The notes: a model not told the origin generated them from the sequence alone. A stretch of 63,807 nt of DNA, filler included, from Folioceros fuciformis (GCA_049999805.1; 34 parts of 34 records of this genome joined end to end with filler, not necessarily neighbours in it), one strand, 5' to 3'. Shown: positions 13,166-26,162, numbered from the whole stretch's first letter. Numbers and translations are program-made.

Positions 13166-14336
13166 NNNNNNNNNNATATATCTTAGTTCTATATATTTCT
13201 AGTTTAATTTTTTTTTTAGTTTTATAGACTTTATATACCTTATTAAAATTATTACTTAATTATCTACTATAAAAAGAATTAGTAGTTATTTTTTATCTAT
13301 ATTTACTTTTTAATAAGTATTTACTACTTAGATTTTTCTTTTATATTTCTATTATAGGCTAATTATAGTTAAAACTACTTTATATACTAGAGGTAATTCT
13401 TCTTCTCTTAAAACTATTCTAGGCTATTCTAATCTATAGAAGTCTCTTCTATAGTTTACTTTAAATAGAGTTATTCTTATAGTTAAGTATAGGCTATTAT
13501 TATATATAAATTCTATAACTAATATCTAAAGTATCTAGTTATCTTACTCTAGAGTATAATAGTATCTTAGATATTACTTAAGAGTCTAATTTTACTATTT
13601 AGTTTACTTATCTATTTATAAGTAGTAGACTAAAGATAGAACTTTTTAGAAGTTAAAGTAATACTAAAAGATATTTTAATATTTTATATTTATAAGAAGT
13701 TTTCTATTTAAAATAATTCTTTATAGAATACTATAGAGTTAAACTACTTTATAAATCTATACTTAAGCTAAGTTTAAGCTATTTTACTTAACTCTTACTA
13801 GAATATAGTAGACTATCTTAGTTAGTTAGTATACTACTACTAGTATAGAGTTATATACTATACTAGTAAACTTACTTAGTAGTAGTTTAGTAATAAAATC
13901 TATTATAATCTCTTTCTATATATATTAGAGTAGAAGTAGAGATATTAATAGGCTATATAGTTTATACTTTACTAGAGTAGAATAATAGTACTAGATATAT
14001 TTCTTATAGTATACTTTTACTTTCTTTTATATCTTTTTCTACTTATAGTAGTATTAAATCTTCTTTAATATTCTTTATACGCTAAAATAGTCTATTATTA
14101 AATTATTATAATTTNNNNNNNNNNNNNNNNNNNNNNNNNNNNNNNNNNNNNNNNNNNNTTAATTAATTAANNNNNNNNNNNNNNNNNNNNNNNNNNNNNN
14201 NNNNNNNNNNNNNNCCACGGGGCAGGGGGCGCAGGGGGCAGAGGCAACTGCGCTGCTGCTGCTGCTGCCTCTGCTGCTGCAGCTGCTGCTGCCTCTGCTG
14301 CTATGGTAGCAGGTTCCCATCTCTGTCCAGTCCGTG

Positions 14337-14567
14337 CGGACGGGACGGGATGGGATGGGATGGGATGGGATGGGACGGAACGTCACGGCACGGCAAGGAA
14401 GGACGGAGTGGCCTTAGGGCAGCAGAGGTGCGGCAGGAGTATGGCTTGCAGGCAGGCGGATGTGGAGGAGTAAGGAGGCCAGGCCGTTAGGCAGGCAGAG
14501 GAACGGGACGGGACGGGACGGGGCGGGACGGGACGGGGCGGGACGGGACGGGACGGAGCGGAGCGGG
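14337..14567. repeat. (GGGAC/GGGAT/GGGGC)n pentamer tracts, preceded by CTG runs; duplicated in 15009-15792
   Basis: Visible tracts at about 14337-14379 and 14503-14567. Confidence 0.85.
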
Positions 14568-15892
14568 AGAGTGGCGGACGCGGTACATCCCATGGGACTC
14601 CCATCTCGTGAGTGGTGGCTAATGGCCATCCATGCATGCATGCGTGTAGCATGTGTGGTTATAATGGCAGCGCATTCATGGGGCGCGGGCCGGCCTTTGT
14701 TTAAGGAAGCTGCCGCTGCTCCCCCCGTACCGCTGTCACTCGTCTCATTTGGCCTTAAGGTACGTACTAGTGGAATGCTTATCTCTTGTATATCCCCATC
14801 AGCATTACGGCACAGTGTTTGCATGTACAGTACATGTTGTATGTAGGTTGGCTTGGCGGTGATGCAGGTTACAGGGCGGTGATGCAGGTTGCAGTGCGGC
14901 TGACCATGGTTGCATGTTGTTGTTAAGAGTAAAGAAGGGTGGGAAGATGTGGAGGCGTGGAGGGATAATGATGAAGCTGGCGCGCGGCTGAAAGGACGNN
15001 NNNNNNNNCCACGGGGCAGGGGGCGCAGGGGGCAGAGGCAACTGCGCTGCTGCTGCTGCTGCCTCTGCTGCTGCAGCTGCTGCTGCCTCTGCTGCTATGG
15101 TAGCAGGTTCCCATCTCTGTCCAGTCCGTGCGGACGGGACGGGATGGGATGGGATGGGATGGGATGGGACGGAACGTCACGGCACGGCAAGGAAGGACGG
15201 AGTGGCCTTAGGGCAGCAGAGGTGCGGCAGGAGTATGGCTTGCAGGCAGGCGGATGTGGAGGAGTAAGGAGGCCAGGCCGTTAGGCAGGCAGAGGAACGG
15301 GACGGGACGGGACGGGGCGGGACGGGACGGGGCGGGACGGGACGGGACGGAGCGGAGCGGGAGAGTGGCGGACGCGGTACATCCCATGGGACTCCCATCT
15401 CGTGAGTGGTGGCTAATGGCCATCCATGCATGCATGCGTGTAGCATGTGTGGTTATAATGGCAGCGCATTCATGGGGCGCGGGCCGGCCTTTGTTTAAGG
15501 AAGCTGCCGCTGCTCCCCCCGTACCGCTGTCACTCGTCTCATTTGGCCTTAAGGTACGTACTAGTGGAATGCTTATCTCTTGTATATCCCCATCAGCATT
15601 ACGGCACAGTGTTTGCATGTACAGTACATGTTGTATGTAGGTTGGCTTGGCGGTGATGCAGGTTACAGGGCGGTGATGCAGGTTGCAGTGCGGCTGACCA
15701 TGGTTGCATGTTGTTGTTAAGAGTAAAGAAGGGTGGGAAGATGTGGAGGCGTGGAGGGATAATGATGAAGCTGGCGCGCGGCTGAAAGGACGNNNNNNNN
15801 NNNNNNNNNNNNNNNNNNNNNNNNNNNNNNNNNNNNTTAATTAATTAANNNNNNNNNNNNNNNNNNNNNNNNNNNNNNNNNNNNNNNNNNNN

Positions 15893-16475
15893 GCAACGGC
15901 GGGGGTGACTGTGATACTTGTGTAGAATTGAGAGTTGAAGACGAGCCTACTTGTGTGCTATAGGATGCAAGAGTACTCGCAGGTGTAAAAGGTGATGTTC
16001 CAAATTGCAAGGGTTGAGGTTGCGGTACGGGCAAAGGCAGTGTTGTTGATGATAACTTTGAAGTTTGAAGACCAAAAGTTGGAGCTGAAGACATAGTAGA
16101 GGAAGAAACAGGAGGAGCAAAAGATGAAATTCCAGGTTGACTTGGAAATGGAAATGATAATTGTGGAGACTTTAAAGCCATAGATGAGGCTAAGGTTGCA
16201 ATTCCGGATGCAACAGAAGGAGTTTGTTGAAGCATGTTCTTTACACCTCCAAACAAATTTGCCTTGGTACCTTCAAATATGTTTGTAATAGGCAACTTTG
16301 GCGCGTCTCTAAATAAGTTTGTAGGATTCAACATTCCTCCTAAATTTTGTAGACCTTGTGTTCCCTGAGATATTCCTTGTTGAACACTAATAGGAAGGCC
16401 CACTTTGTTTTTAAATCCTTGTTTAAGATTGCTTGCTAGATTTTGTACTGAGTTAAATTGGAGGCCAACCTTGGT
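15893..16475 (-). CDS. Internal fragment of a low-complexity Ser/Pro/Gln/Thr-rich protein of unknown family; duplicate at 16488-17070
   Basis: One minus frame is open across the whole moderately AT-rich fragment; no recognisable domain. Confidence 0.4.
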
Positions 16476-17195
16476 CTNNNNNNNNNNGCAACGGCGGGGG
16501 TGACTGTGATACTTGTGTAGAATTGAGAGTTGAAGACGAGCCTACTTGTGTGCTATAGGATGCAAGAGTACTCGCAGGTGTAAAAGGTGATGTTCCAAAT
16601 TGCAAGGGTTGAGGTTGCGGTACGGGCAAAGGCAGTGTTGTTGATGATAACTTTGAAGTTTGAAGACCAAAAGTTGGAGCTGAAGACATAGTAGAGGAAG
16701 AAACAGGAGGAGCAAAAGATGAAATTCCAGGTTGACTTGGAAATGGAAATGATAATTGTGGAGACTTTAAAGCCATAGATGAGGCTAAGGTTGCAATTCC
16801 GGATGCAACAGAAGGAGTTTGTTGAAGCATGTTCTTTACACCTCCAAACAAATTTGCCTTGGTACCTTCAAATATGTTTGTAATAGGCAACTTTGGCGCG
16901 TCTCTAAATAAGTTTGTAGGATTCAACATTCCTCCTAAATTTTGTAGACCTTGTGTTCCCTGAGATATTCCTTGTTGAACACTAATAGGAAGGCCCACTT
17001 TGTTTTTAAATCCTTGTTTAAGATTGCTTGCTAGATTTTGTACTGAGTTAAATTGGAGGCCAACCTTGGTCTNNNNNNNNNNNNNNNNNNNNNNNNNNNN
17101 NNNNNNNNNNNNNNNNTTAATTAATTAANNNNNNNNNNNNNNNNNNNNNNNNNNNNNNNNNNNNNNNNNNNNGCAAAATAGAAAATCGTCAGAAG

Positions 17196-17433
17196 CTAAT
17201 TTATGAGGACGATGTGGCCGCCAGAATCGATATTGATGCCGTGATTCCCGACCAATTCGACAATGGTTGTATCGGTTTGGCCAAGTACGCCAGTTGCGGA
17301 TGCGACCATGTAAGTATTGCCTGCATAGTGCTCAGCAACAGCAGCGCGTGGGTTTCCGTTAACGGCCGATTCAAGCTGCTGGATCAAATCTGAAGCACTG
17401 CTGGCAGCGAAATTCTCCAACTCGTATAACGAG

Positions 17434-17465
<32 letters not shown>

Positions 17466-17785
17466 GCCGGTGGTGGCGTTTTCGATCACTTGATTGGGCG
17501 TGAGCGGATCAGCGCCGAAATTTGCGTCCGGGCCGAGATGCAGGGTCGCGGCGTGAGAGTCGACGTCGATCATATTGGCTCCACTACCGACAGTAATATC
17601 GGCACCGGCTGCTCTCGCCGTGACGGTATTGTTGCCGTTGCCGAGCGAAAGACTGTTGCTCGTGGCCGAGGTTTCCAGAGTGATCGTATTGTTGCCACCG
17701 CGAAGACTGACGGTGGCACCGCTTGCCGACAGGTCGATGAAATTATCGGCATTGTCGGAGGCGCCAGAGACGGTGGTCACGCCAC
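17196..17785 (-). CDS. C-terminal fragment of a bacterial S-layer/RTX-like beta-roll surface protein (RsaA-like)
   Basis: G/N/T-rich repeats (SLRGGNNTIT, SLGNGNNTVT, TVGSGANMID), C-terminal TDTTIVELVG motif typical of T1SS-secreted S-layer proteins, GC-rich codon use, TAG stop at 17196. Confidence 0.7.
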
Positions 17786-17818
17786 NNNNNNNNNNGCAAA
17801 ATAGAAAATCGTCAGAAG

Positions 17819-18056
17819 CTAATTTATGAGGACGATGTGGCCGCCAGAATCGATATTGATGCCGTGATTCCCGACCAATTCGACAATGGTTGTATCGGTT
17901 TGGCCAAGTACGCCAGTTGCGGATGCGACCATGTAAGTATTGCCTGCATAGTGCTCAGCAACAGCAGCGCGTGGGTTTCCGTTAACGGCCGATTCAAGCT
18001 GCTGGATCAAATCTGAAGCACTGCTGGCAGCGAAATTCTCCAACTCGTATAACGAG

Positions 18057-18088
<32 letters not shown>

Positions 18089-18408
18089 GCCGGTGGTGGC
18101 GTTTTCGATCACTTGATTGGGCGTGAGCGGATCAGCGCCGAAATTTGCGTCCGGGCCGAGATGCAGGGTCGCGGCGTGAGAGTCGACGTCGATCATATTG
18201 GCTCCACTACCGACAGTAATATCGGCACCGGCTGCTCTCGCCGTGACGGTATTGTTGCCGTTGCCGAGCGAAAGACTGTTGCTCGTGGCCGAGGTTTCCA
18301 GAGTGATCGTATTGTTGCCACCGCGAAGACTGACGGTGGCACCGCTTGCCGACAGGTCGATGAAATTATCGGCATTGTCGGAGGCGCCAGAGACGGTGGT
18401 CACGCCAC
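17819..18408 (-). CDS. Duplicate copy of the S-layer-like C-terminal fragment
   Basis: Identical to 17196-17785. Confidence 0.65.
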
Positions 18409-18928
18409 NNNNNNNNNNNNNNNNNNNNNNNNNNNNNNNNNNNNNNNNNNNNTTAATTAATTAANNNNNNNNNNNNNNNNNNNNNNNNNNNNNNNNNNNN
18501 NNNNNNNNACCTTCAGTATGATCTCAGGATGCCGACGAGTCGCTAAAGCGGTTCAACTGATTTTCAGATTTAAGACGCGCGCTGTGAAAAACCCCGCACC
18601 TAGCCAGCAAGACATCGTTGCTAGAAGCGGAACGCGCGTAAGCGGCTAGAGGTATTTTCAATTATCGCGCACTTTTGTCATTTCCAGCTCAAATCGTCGG
18701 TGAGACAGCGAAAAGCTCGCAGATTAAAGCGTTTTAAAACGCCACGATGGCACCCTCGTGTCGACCAGTCGGAGTTCCGGGTCGCATAGTCAGGTTCGCC
18801 TAGCGATCAAATTTTTAGTTGAATTGAATAGTTGACCGGCGATGCGCCTAGGGACCTGTTTAGCCGCCTAAGCCCGGCGCTACCAAGAGCGTTGCGCAGA
18901 TAAATCGCTCATCTCTGGAGCTGATAAT

Positions 18929-19045
18929 ATGATCGAGACTATAAATCACGCCCAGGAGATTTTCGTGTTCGACGAAGATTCCGAGGCATGCGCAGATCTG
19001 CGCGAAGCGTTCAATGGCTCCGGTCTAGACCTTGTCTTCTGTATC
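18929..19045 (+). CDS. Truncated 5' end of a bacterial response-regulator receiver-domain-like protein; duplicate at 19566-19682
   Basis: GGAG 8 nt upstream of the ATG. EIFVFDED resembles receiver strand beta-1 plus the acidic pocket, followed by a helix and GLDLVF. Confidence 0.45.
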
Positions 19046-19782
19046 NNNNNNNNNNNNNNNNNNNNNNNNNNNNNNNNNNNNNNNNNNNNNNNNNNNNNNN
19101 NNNNNNNNNNNNNNNNNNNNNNNNNNNNNNNNNNNNNNNNNNNNNACCTTCAGTATGATCTCAGGATGCCGACGAGTCGCTAAAGCGGTTCAACTGATTT
19201 TCAGATTTAAGACGCGCGCTGTGAAAAACCCCGCACCTAGCCAGCAAGACATCGTTGCTAGAAGCGGAACGCGCGTAAGCGGCTAGAGGTATTTTCAATT
19301 ATCGCGCACTTTTGTCATTTCCAGCTCAAATCGTCGGTGAGACAGCGAAAAGCTCGCAGATTAAAGCGTTTTAAAACGCCACGATGGCACCCTCGTGTCG
19401 ACCAGTCGGAGTTCCGGGTCGCATAGTCAGGTTCGCCTAGCGATCAAATTTTTAGTTGAATTGAATAGTTGACCGGCGATGCGCCTAGGGACCTGTTTAG
19501 CCGCCTAAGCCCGGCGCTACCAAGAGCGTTGCGCAGATAAATCGCTCATCTCTGGAGCTGATAATATGATCGAGACTATAAATCACGCCCAGGAGATTTT
19601 CGTGTTCGACGAAGATTCCGAGGCATGCGCAGATCTGCGCGAAGCGTTCAATGGCTCCGGTCTAGACCTTGTCTTCTGTATCNNNNNNNNNNNNNNNNNN
19701 NNNNNNNNNNNNNNNNNNNNNNNNNNTTAATTAATTAANNNNNNNNNNNNNNNNNNNNNNNNNNNNNNNNNNNNNNNNNNNN

Positions 19783-20598
19783 GTCTTGGATGGCATCGAT
19801 CCTGCTCGGGCTGGCCGAGGCACCAAAGGTAAGCCCAGTGATGTGATTGTCCGCATCGGTGAAACCACCTGAAAGGGTCACGCCATTAAGATCGACGGCG
19901 AAGGAGGTCGCGGTGACATGGTGAAGCGTCACGCCGCCGGTGACGTCACCCGCGACAGCCAGGCTGGTCAAAGCGCTGCCGGTAATGTCAAGGCTGCCGG
20001 CACCTCCAAGCACCTGCAAGCTGCTGCTGGCGGTGCTCGCGGTCACGACGATGCCGCTGCCGGCCTTGAGATAATCGCCGGCATTGCCGCTTGCATCAAG
20101 CGTGAAGCTGGTTAGTCCGGTAATGCCCGAAAGGTCGAAGCTCGTTGAGCCATCGCCGGCATTTCCCGATGTCGTCAAAGTCACTGTGCCGACGCCCGTC
20201 AGGCTGACACCCGCCGGCAGAAGATCGTGGCCGCCGACATCTGTATCGGTAATATCGATGCGATTTCCGGCGCCGTGAAAGCTGTCATTGGCCGTCAGGG
20301 TCGCGCCGGTACCGAGCTTGGCCGCATAAACATGCGAGCCATCGCTGCTGGTAAGGTGATCCGTTCCGCTCGTAAACACATCGGCCGGGGCTGAAGGTCC
20401 TGACGGCTCAGATACCGGCGTGAGCTCGCCCGCGATGCTCGCGATGTCGCTGACAAGACCCGGGTGATCCGCATCGACCCGCGCAAGGTAAGCCCGGATC
20501 TGACTGGTAGCGGCAATCCCATTATAAGCGGCAATCTGCTCGCTCGTGAGGCTCTGCGTGAAAAGATCGGCCGCGGCAATCTTGGCGCTCACCGTCCT
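19783..20598 (-). CDS. Internal fragment of a bacterial S-layer (RsaA-like) surface protein
   Basis: Frame open across the whole fragment. A helical segment (AKIAAADLFTQSL...IRAYLARV) is followed by FTSGTDHLT...TLTANDSFHG and T/G/S/A-rich beta repeats. Confidence 0.7.
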
Positions 20599-20608
20599 NN
20601 NNNNNNNN

Positions 20609-21424
20609 GTCTTGGATGGCATCGATCCTGCTCGGGCTGGCCGAGGCACCAAAGGTAAGCCCAGTGATGTGATTGTCCGCATCGGTGAAACCACCTGAAA
20701 GGGTCACGCCATTAAGATCGACGGCGAAGGAGGTCGCGGTGACATGGTGAAGCGTCACGCCGCCGGTGACGTCACCCGCGACAGCCAGGCTGGTCAAAGC
20801 GCTGCCGGTAATGTCAAGGCTGCCGGCACCTCCAAGCACCTGCAAGCTGCTGCTGGCGGTGCTCGCGGTCACGACGATGCCGCTGCCGGCCTTGAGATAA
20901 TCGCCGGCATTGCCGCTTGCATCAAGCGTGAAGCTGGTTAGTCCGGTAATGCCCGAAAGGTCGAAGCTCGTTGAGCCATCGCCGGCATTTCCCGATGTCG
21001 TCAAAGTCACTGTGCCGACGCCCGTCAGGCTGACACCCGCCGGCAGAAGATCGTGGCCGCCGACATCTGTATCGGTAATATCGATGCGATTTCCGGCGCC
21101 GTGAAAGCTGTCATTGGCCGTCAGGGTCGCGCCGGTACCGAGCTTGGCCGCATAAACATGCGAGCCATCGCTGCTGGTAAGGTGATCCGTTCCGCTCGTA
21201 AACACATCGGCCGGGGCTGAAGGTCCTGACGGCTCAGATACCGGCGTGAGCTCGCCCGCGATGCTCGCGATGTCGCTGACAAGACCCGGGTGATCCGCAT
21301 CGACCCGCGCAAGGTAAGCCCGGATCTGACTGGTAGCGGCAATCCCATTATAAGCGGCAATCTGCTCGCTCGTGAGGCTCTGCGTGAAAAGATCGGCCGC
21401 GGCAATCTTGGCGCTCACCGTCCT
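20609..21424 (-). CDS. Duplicate copy of the internal S-layer-like fragment
   Basis: Identical to 19783-20598. Confidence 0.65.
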
Positions 21425-21548
21425 NNNNNNNNNNNNNNNNNNNNNNNNNNNNNNNNNNNNNNNNNNNNTTAATTAATTAANNNNNNNNNNNNNNNNNNNN
21501 NNNNNNNNNNNNNNNNNNNNNNNNAATTTGGTTATTGGCTTCAATACC

Positions 21549-21556
21549 TATAAAAG
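21549..21556 (+). promoter_or_regulatory. Candidate TATA box upstream of the PLATZ-like ORF
   Basis: CCTATAAAAG about 215 bp before the ATG at 21766. Confidence 0.3.
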
Positions 21557-21765
21557 AAGGTGCATTAGTCTACTTCATAAACATTACCATCTACCACAAA
21601 CGCTAACTAACTTTGCTAGCATTGGAGTGCCTTATAATCTTGCAATTATGCAAGATATTAAATCATTATTTTTATGATATTATAACTTTTTGGAGTAAAA
21701 GGTAAAGTTTTTGAGAGCTAATAAGCAACGTTTCAGTCAATCGTATATTTTCTTATTTGTCAAAT

Positions 21766-22422
21766 ATGGAAGACCAGGGGCAAACATCTTCTTATCATCA
21801 AGATGAACAAAATCAAGAACAAGGAAGACTATCTCTTCATGGTGGAGAAGAAGTATTTACTCAAAAACAAGCAAAGTTAAGTTCTCAAGGTGGAGAAGAA
21901 ATCTTTGCTCAAGAACAGGCGAAGCTAATTCGTCATGCTCGAGAAAAACTATCTTCTCACGACTCAATCATAAGGGATAGTCTCAACAAACAAGAAGTTA
22001 GCTCTAATCCAACATGGTTGGAGAGTTTTTTAGAAGTAACAAACATGTTCTATCAAGTTTGTAGTATTCACAAGGACAAGAAAAGTTCTTTGCAACGGAG
22101 TTTTTGTGTTTCATGTAAAGAGAAGAGGACACTTTGTCGACATTGTATTGAAGAAGATCATTCAAATCACCAAATACTTCCTGTGAGAACTGTAGCACGT
22201 AAAACTTGTGTCTGCGTTAAAGATATTGCCGAAGTAGACAAGAGTGTTGATTACACAAATATTCAAGTTTTTGCAGATAAAGAGTCACAAGTATACGTTT
22301 TACAAAGTTCTATTAAAAGTCATAATCTAATTGAATCAATTCAGAAAAATAAATATTCTAAATTATTTTGTATGTATTGTATCAAGTCACAACATAATAT
22401 GCAAAGACAATCTATTAAGCAC
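21766..22422 (+). CDS. Divergent intronless PLATZ-like zinc-binding protein (3' truncated)
   Basis: PTWLESFL..F...CSIH...FCVSC....LCRHC...HSNHQIL.VR....V.VKDI....VDYTNIQVF......YVL follows the PLATZ pattern PxWL..LL..FF..C..H...CLDC...LC..C...H..H..IQIRR....V.V.EI...LD.S.VQTY......VFL. Confidence 0.72.
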
Positions 22423-22673
22423 NNNNNNNNNNAATTTGGTTATTGGCTTCAATACCTATAAAAGAAGGTGCATTAGTCTACTTCATAAACATTACCATCT
22501 ACCACAAACGCTAACTAACTTTGCTAGCATTGGAGTGCCTTATAATCTTGCAATTATGCAAGATATTAAATCATTATTTTTATGATATTATAACTTTTTG
22601 GAGTAAAAGGTAAAGTTTTTGAGAGCTAATAAGCAACGTTTCAGTCAATCGTATATTTTCTTATTTGTCAAAT

Positions 22674-23330
22674 ATGGAAGACCAGGGGCAAACATCTTCT
22701 TATCATCAAGATGAACAAAATCAAGAACAAGGAAGACTATCTCTTCATGGTGGAGAAGAAGTATTTACTCAAAAACAAGCAAAGTTAAGTTCTCAAGGTG
22801 GAGAAGAAATCTTTGCTCAAGAACAGGCGAAGCTAATTCGTCATGCTCGAGAAAAACTATCTTCTCACGACTCAATCATAAGGGATAGTCTCAACAAACA
22901 AGAAGTTAGCTCTAATCCAACATGGTTGGAGAGTTTTTTAGAAGTAACAAACATGTTCTATCAAGTTTGTAGTATTCACAAGGACAAGAAAAGTTCTTTG
23001 CAACGGAGTTTTTGTGTTTCATGTAAAGAGAAGAGGACACTTTGTCGACATTGTATTGAAGAAGATCATTCAAATCACCAAATACTTCCTGTGAGAACTG
23101 TAGCACGTAAAACTTGTGTCTGCGTTAAAGATATTGCCGAAGTAGACAAGAGTGTTGATTACACAAATATTCAAGTTTTTGCAGATAAAGAGTCACAAGT
23201 ATACGTTTTACAAAGTTCTATTAAAAGTCATAATCTAATTGAATCAATTCAGAAAAATAAATATTCTAAATTATTTTGTATGTATTGTATCAAGTCACAA
23301 CATAATATGCAAAGACAATCTATTAAGCAC
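22674..23330 (+). CDS. Duplicate copy of the PLATZ-like ORF
   Basis: Identical to 21766-22422. Confidence 0.68.
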
Positions 23331-23430
23331 NNNNNNNNNNNNNNNNNNNNNNNNNNNNNNNNNNNNNNNNNNNNTTAATTAATTAANNNNNNNNNNNNNN
23401 NNNNNNNNNNNNNNNNNNNNNNNNNNNNNN

Positions 23431-24295
23431 AGTAGGTATCTTATCTTTAGAGTCTAGTTCTTTTCTAGTAAAACTATTACTAGAAGGTAAAAAAAAGTAC
23501 TTAGAAATAGATTTATTTAAGTATATATTTATAAAGTTTATAGTAAATAGATCTATTAAATTACTTAAAAGTCTACTATTTCTTTTTCTATTATTATCTT
23601 TTTCTATAGAATTTATAGTATACTTTTAAACCTTATATTTATTTACTATAGTAGTAGTAGCTATTTTATATTTCTTTAGTATACTCTTTATAAGCTCTCT
23701 AAGGCTTAATATTAAAAAGTTATCTAGGTTTACTAAGCTATTAATAGTTTAAGTAAATCTACTATCTTTTAGTAGTATAAAGAAATATTAGGTCTTTTAA
23801 AACTCTAGAATATTCTCTAGAGTATACTAGTTCTAGTTTATATTAAAGCTAAATTCTATAGAATTATATAAGTTAATAAGCTTTTTTATCTTTATAATTA
23901 TAGTCTTTATTACTTTCTTAATATTAGATATATCTAGATTAGTCTTCTTAAAGTTATAGAATATAAAAATCTATTTTATATAAAAGTACTTAAGTAATAA
24001 ATCTACTAGCTTATAGTAGCTTAGATACTTATATTTAGTAAATATCTTATTAGTATTATTTAAGTAGTATAACTTATACCTAAAAATAAAAGTAAAGATA
24101 GTATATTTTTCTATATAAGTAAGTAAGTTTACTTTTATTTTTAGTAGCTAATTACTCTTTTTTTTACTTATTTTCTAGTATATAGTATTAATACTTTCTT
24201 TCTAATATACTTTCTAGATATTAGTAGAGATTATAGTAGAGAATAGTCTAGTATATTATTTATTAGACGTTTAGATACTACTATTATAGTAGACT
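23431..24295. mobile_element. RIP-degraded fungal repeat, family unresolved; duplicate at 24306-25170
   Basis: CpA/TpG essentially absent, very AT-rich. Confidence 0.65.
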
Positions 24296-25601
24296 NNNNN
24301 NNNNNAGTAGGTATCTTATCTTTAGAGTCTAGTTCTTTTCTAGTAAAACTATTACTAGAAGGTAAAAAAAAGTACTTAGAAATAGATTTATTTAAGTATA
24401 TATTTATAAAGTTTATAGTAAATAGATCTATTAAATTACTTAAAAGTCTACTATTTCTTTTTCTATTATTATCTTTTTCTATAGAATTTATAGTATACTT
24501 TTAAACCTTATATTTATTTACTATAGTAGTAGTAGCTATTTTATATTTCTTTAGTATACTCTTTATAAGCTCTCTAAGGCTTAATATTAAAAAGTTATCT
24601 AGGTTTACTAAGCTATTAATAGTTTAAGTAAATCTACTATCTTTTAGTAGTATAAAGAAATATTAGGTCTTTTAAAACTCTAGAATATTCTCTAGAGTAT
24701 ACTAGTTCTAGTTTATATTAAAGCTAAATTCTATAGAATTATATAAGTTAATAAGCTTTTTTATCTTTATAATTATAGTCTTTATTACTTTCTTAATATT
24801 AGATATATCTAGATTAGTCTTCTTAAAGTTATAGAATATAAAAATCTATTTTATATAAAAGTACTTAAGTAATAAATCTACTAGCTTATAGTAGCTTAGA
24901 TACTTATATTTAGTAAATATCTTATTAGTATTATTTAAGTAGTATAACTTATACCTAAAAATAAAAGTAAAGATAGTATATTTTTCTATATAAGTAAGTA
25001 AGTTTACTTTTATTTTTAGTAGCTAATTACTCTTTTTTTTACTTATTTTCTAGTATATAGTATTAATACTTTCTTTCTAATATACTTTCTAGATATTAGT
25101 AGAGATTATAGTAGAGAATAGTCTAGTATATTATTTATTAGACGTTTAGATACTACTATTATAGTAGACTNNNNNNNNNNNNNNNNNNNNNNNNNNNNNN
25201 NNNNNNNNNNNNNNTTAATTAATTAANNNNNNNNNNNNNNNNNNNNNNNNNNNNNNNNNNNNNNNNNNNNAGCCCGGGGGCGCTATCGGATGTTAGCCCC
25301 GGAGCACATTGAGGCTGCAAGCACTGGAGCGCAGCAAGGCTACGGTTATCGGAGCGAGATCAGGCCGCGGTCGCTACGAGTGCCGAAGCGAGGGGTGCAG
25401 TGAGCACCGACGCCGAGAGCGAAAGCACAAGCTCCGAACCGTCCCGACCGCAAGGCAGCAAGATGTCAATCGAAGGATTTAGGCCCGTCGAGTTGGCTTG
25501 TGGACAGCCGATTCAAAACGAGAGTGAGGGTAACAGAATCTACATTCCATTTCGACCGCTTTCCAACTAGCTTTTTGGTTGATTTGCATCGATTTTGAAA
25601 C

Positions 25602-26162
25602 ATGACGTCCTCAGAAAACGTCATGTTCAATATCAAAAAGTTAGATGGTACTAACTTCCCGTTCTGAAAAGAACAAGTGTATAATGTTCTAGTAGAGAAG
25701 AAGCAATAAAGAATCAAGCCGATAAAGTTGCTAGGATTGAAACCCGTTAGCATGACTCAGGATGAGTGGCAGGACCTAGATGAGCTTGCTAGGTCTACCA
25801 TCATGCTAACATTGTCGAAGTCGGTCTACTTTAATGTGAAAGACAAGACCACAAGCTACGAGCTATGGCAGACGTTGTGTGACCTGTAGGAGAAGCAAAG
25901 TGTGGCTTCTCAAGTGTATTGGTTGAAACAGCTGGTGGACTTGAAGATAAAGGAAGGGACGAGGATGTCCGATCATCTAAATGAGTTCAATACCATTTTC
26001 AGCCAGCTCTCATCTCAAGGTATCTCGTTCCTAGATTCCGTGAGAGCTATGTTTCTGTTGGTCATATTACCAGAGAGTTGGGACACCTTTCGTATAGCTC
26101 TGAGAAATTCCGCTCCTGCCAGTGGTCTTATCGTTGTAAATGTAGAAGGTAGCCTGTTAACA
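25602..26162 (+). pseudogene. Ty1/copia gag N-terminal relic (Retrotran_gag_2-like); duplicate at 26504-27064
   Basis: FNIKKLDGTNFPF*KEQV...EWQDLDELARSTIMLTLS...ELWQTL...MSDHLNEFNTI...LPESWDTF, with premature stops. Confidence 0.88.

Noticed and set aside
8835..14114. AT-rich blocks as mitochondrial or AT-rich-organism coding DNA
   Set aside because: The specific loss of CpA/TpG and the recoverable transposon motifs indicate RIP.
17173..21424. Bacterium-to-plant horizontal transfer
   Set aside because: Bacterial fragments touch eukaryotic DNA only through artificial linkers.
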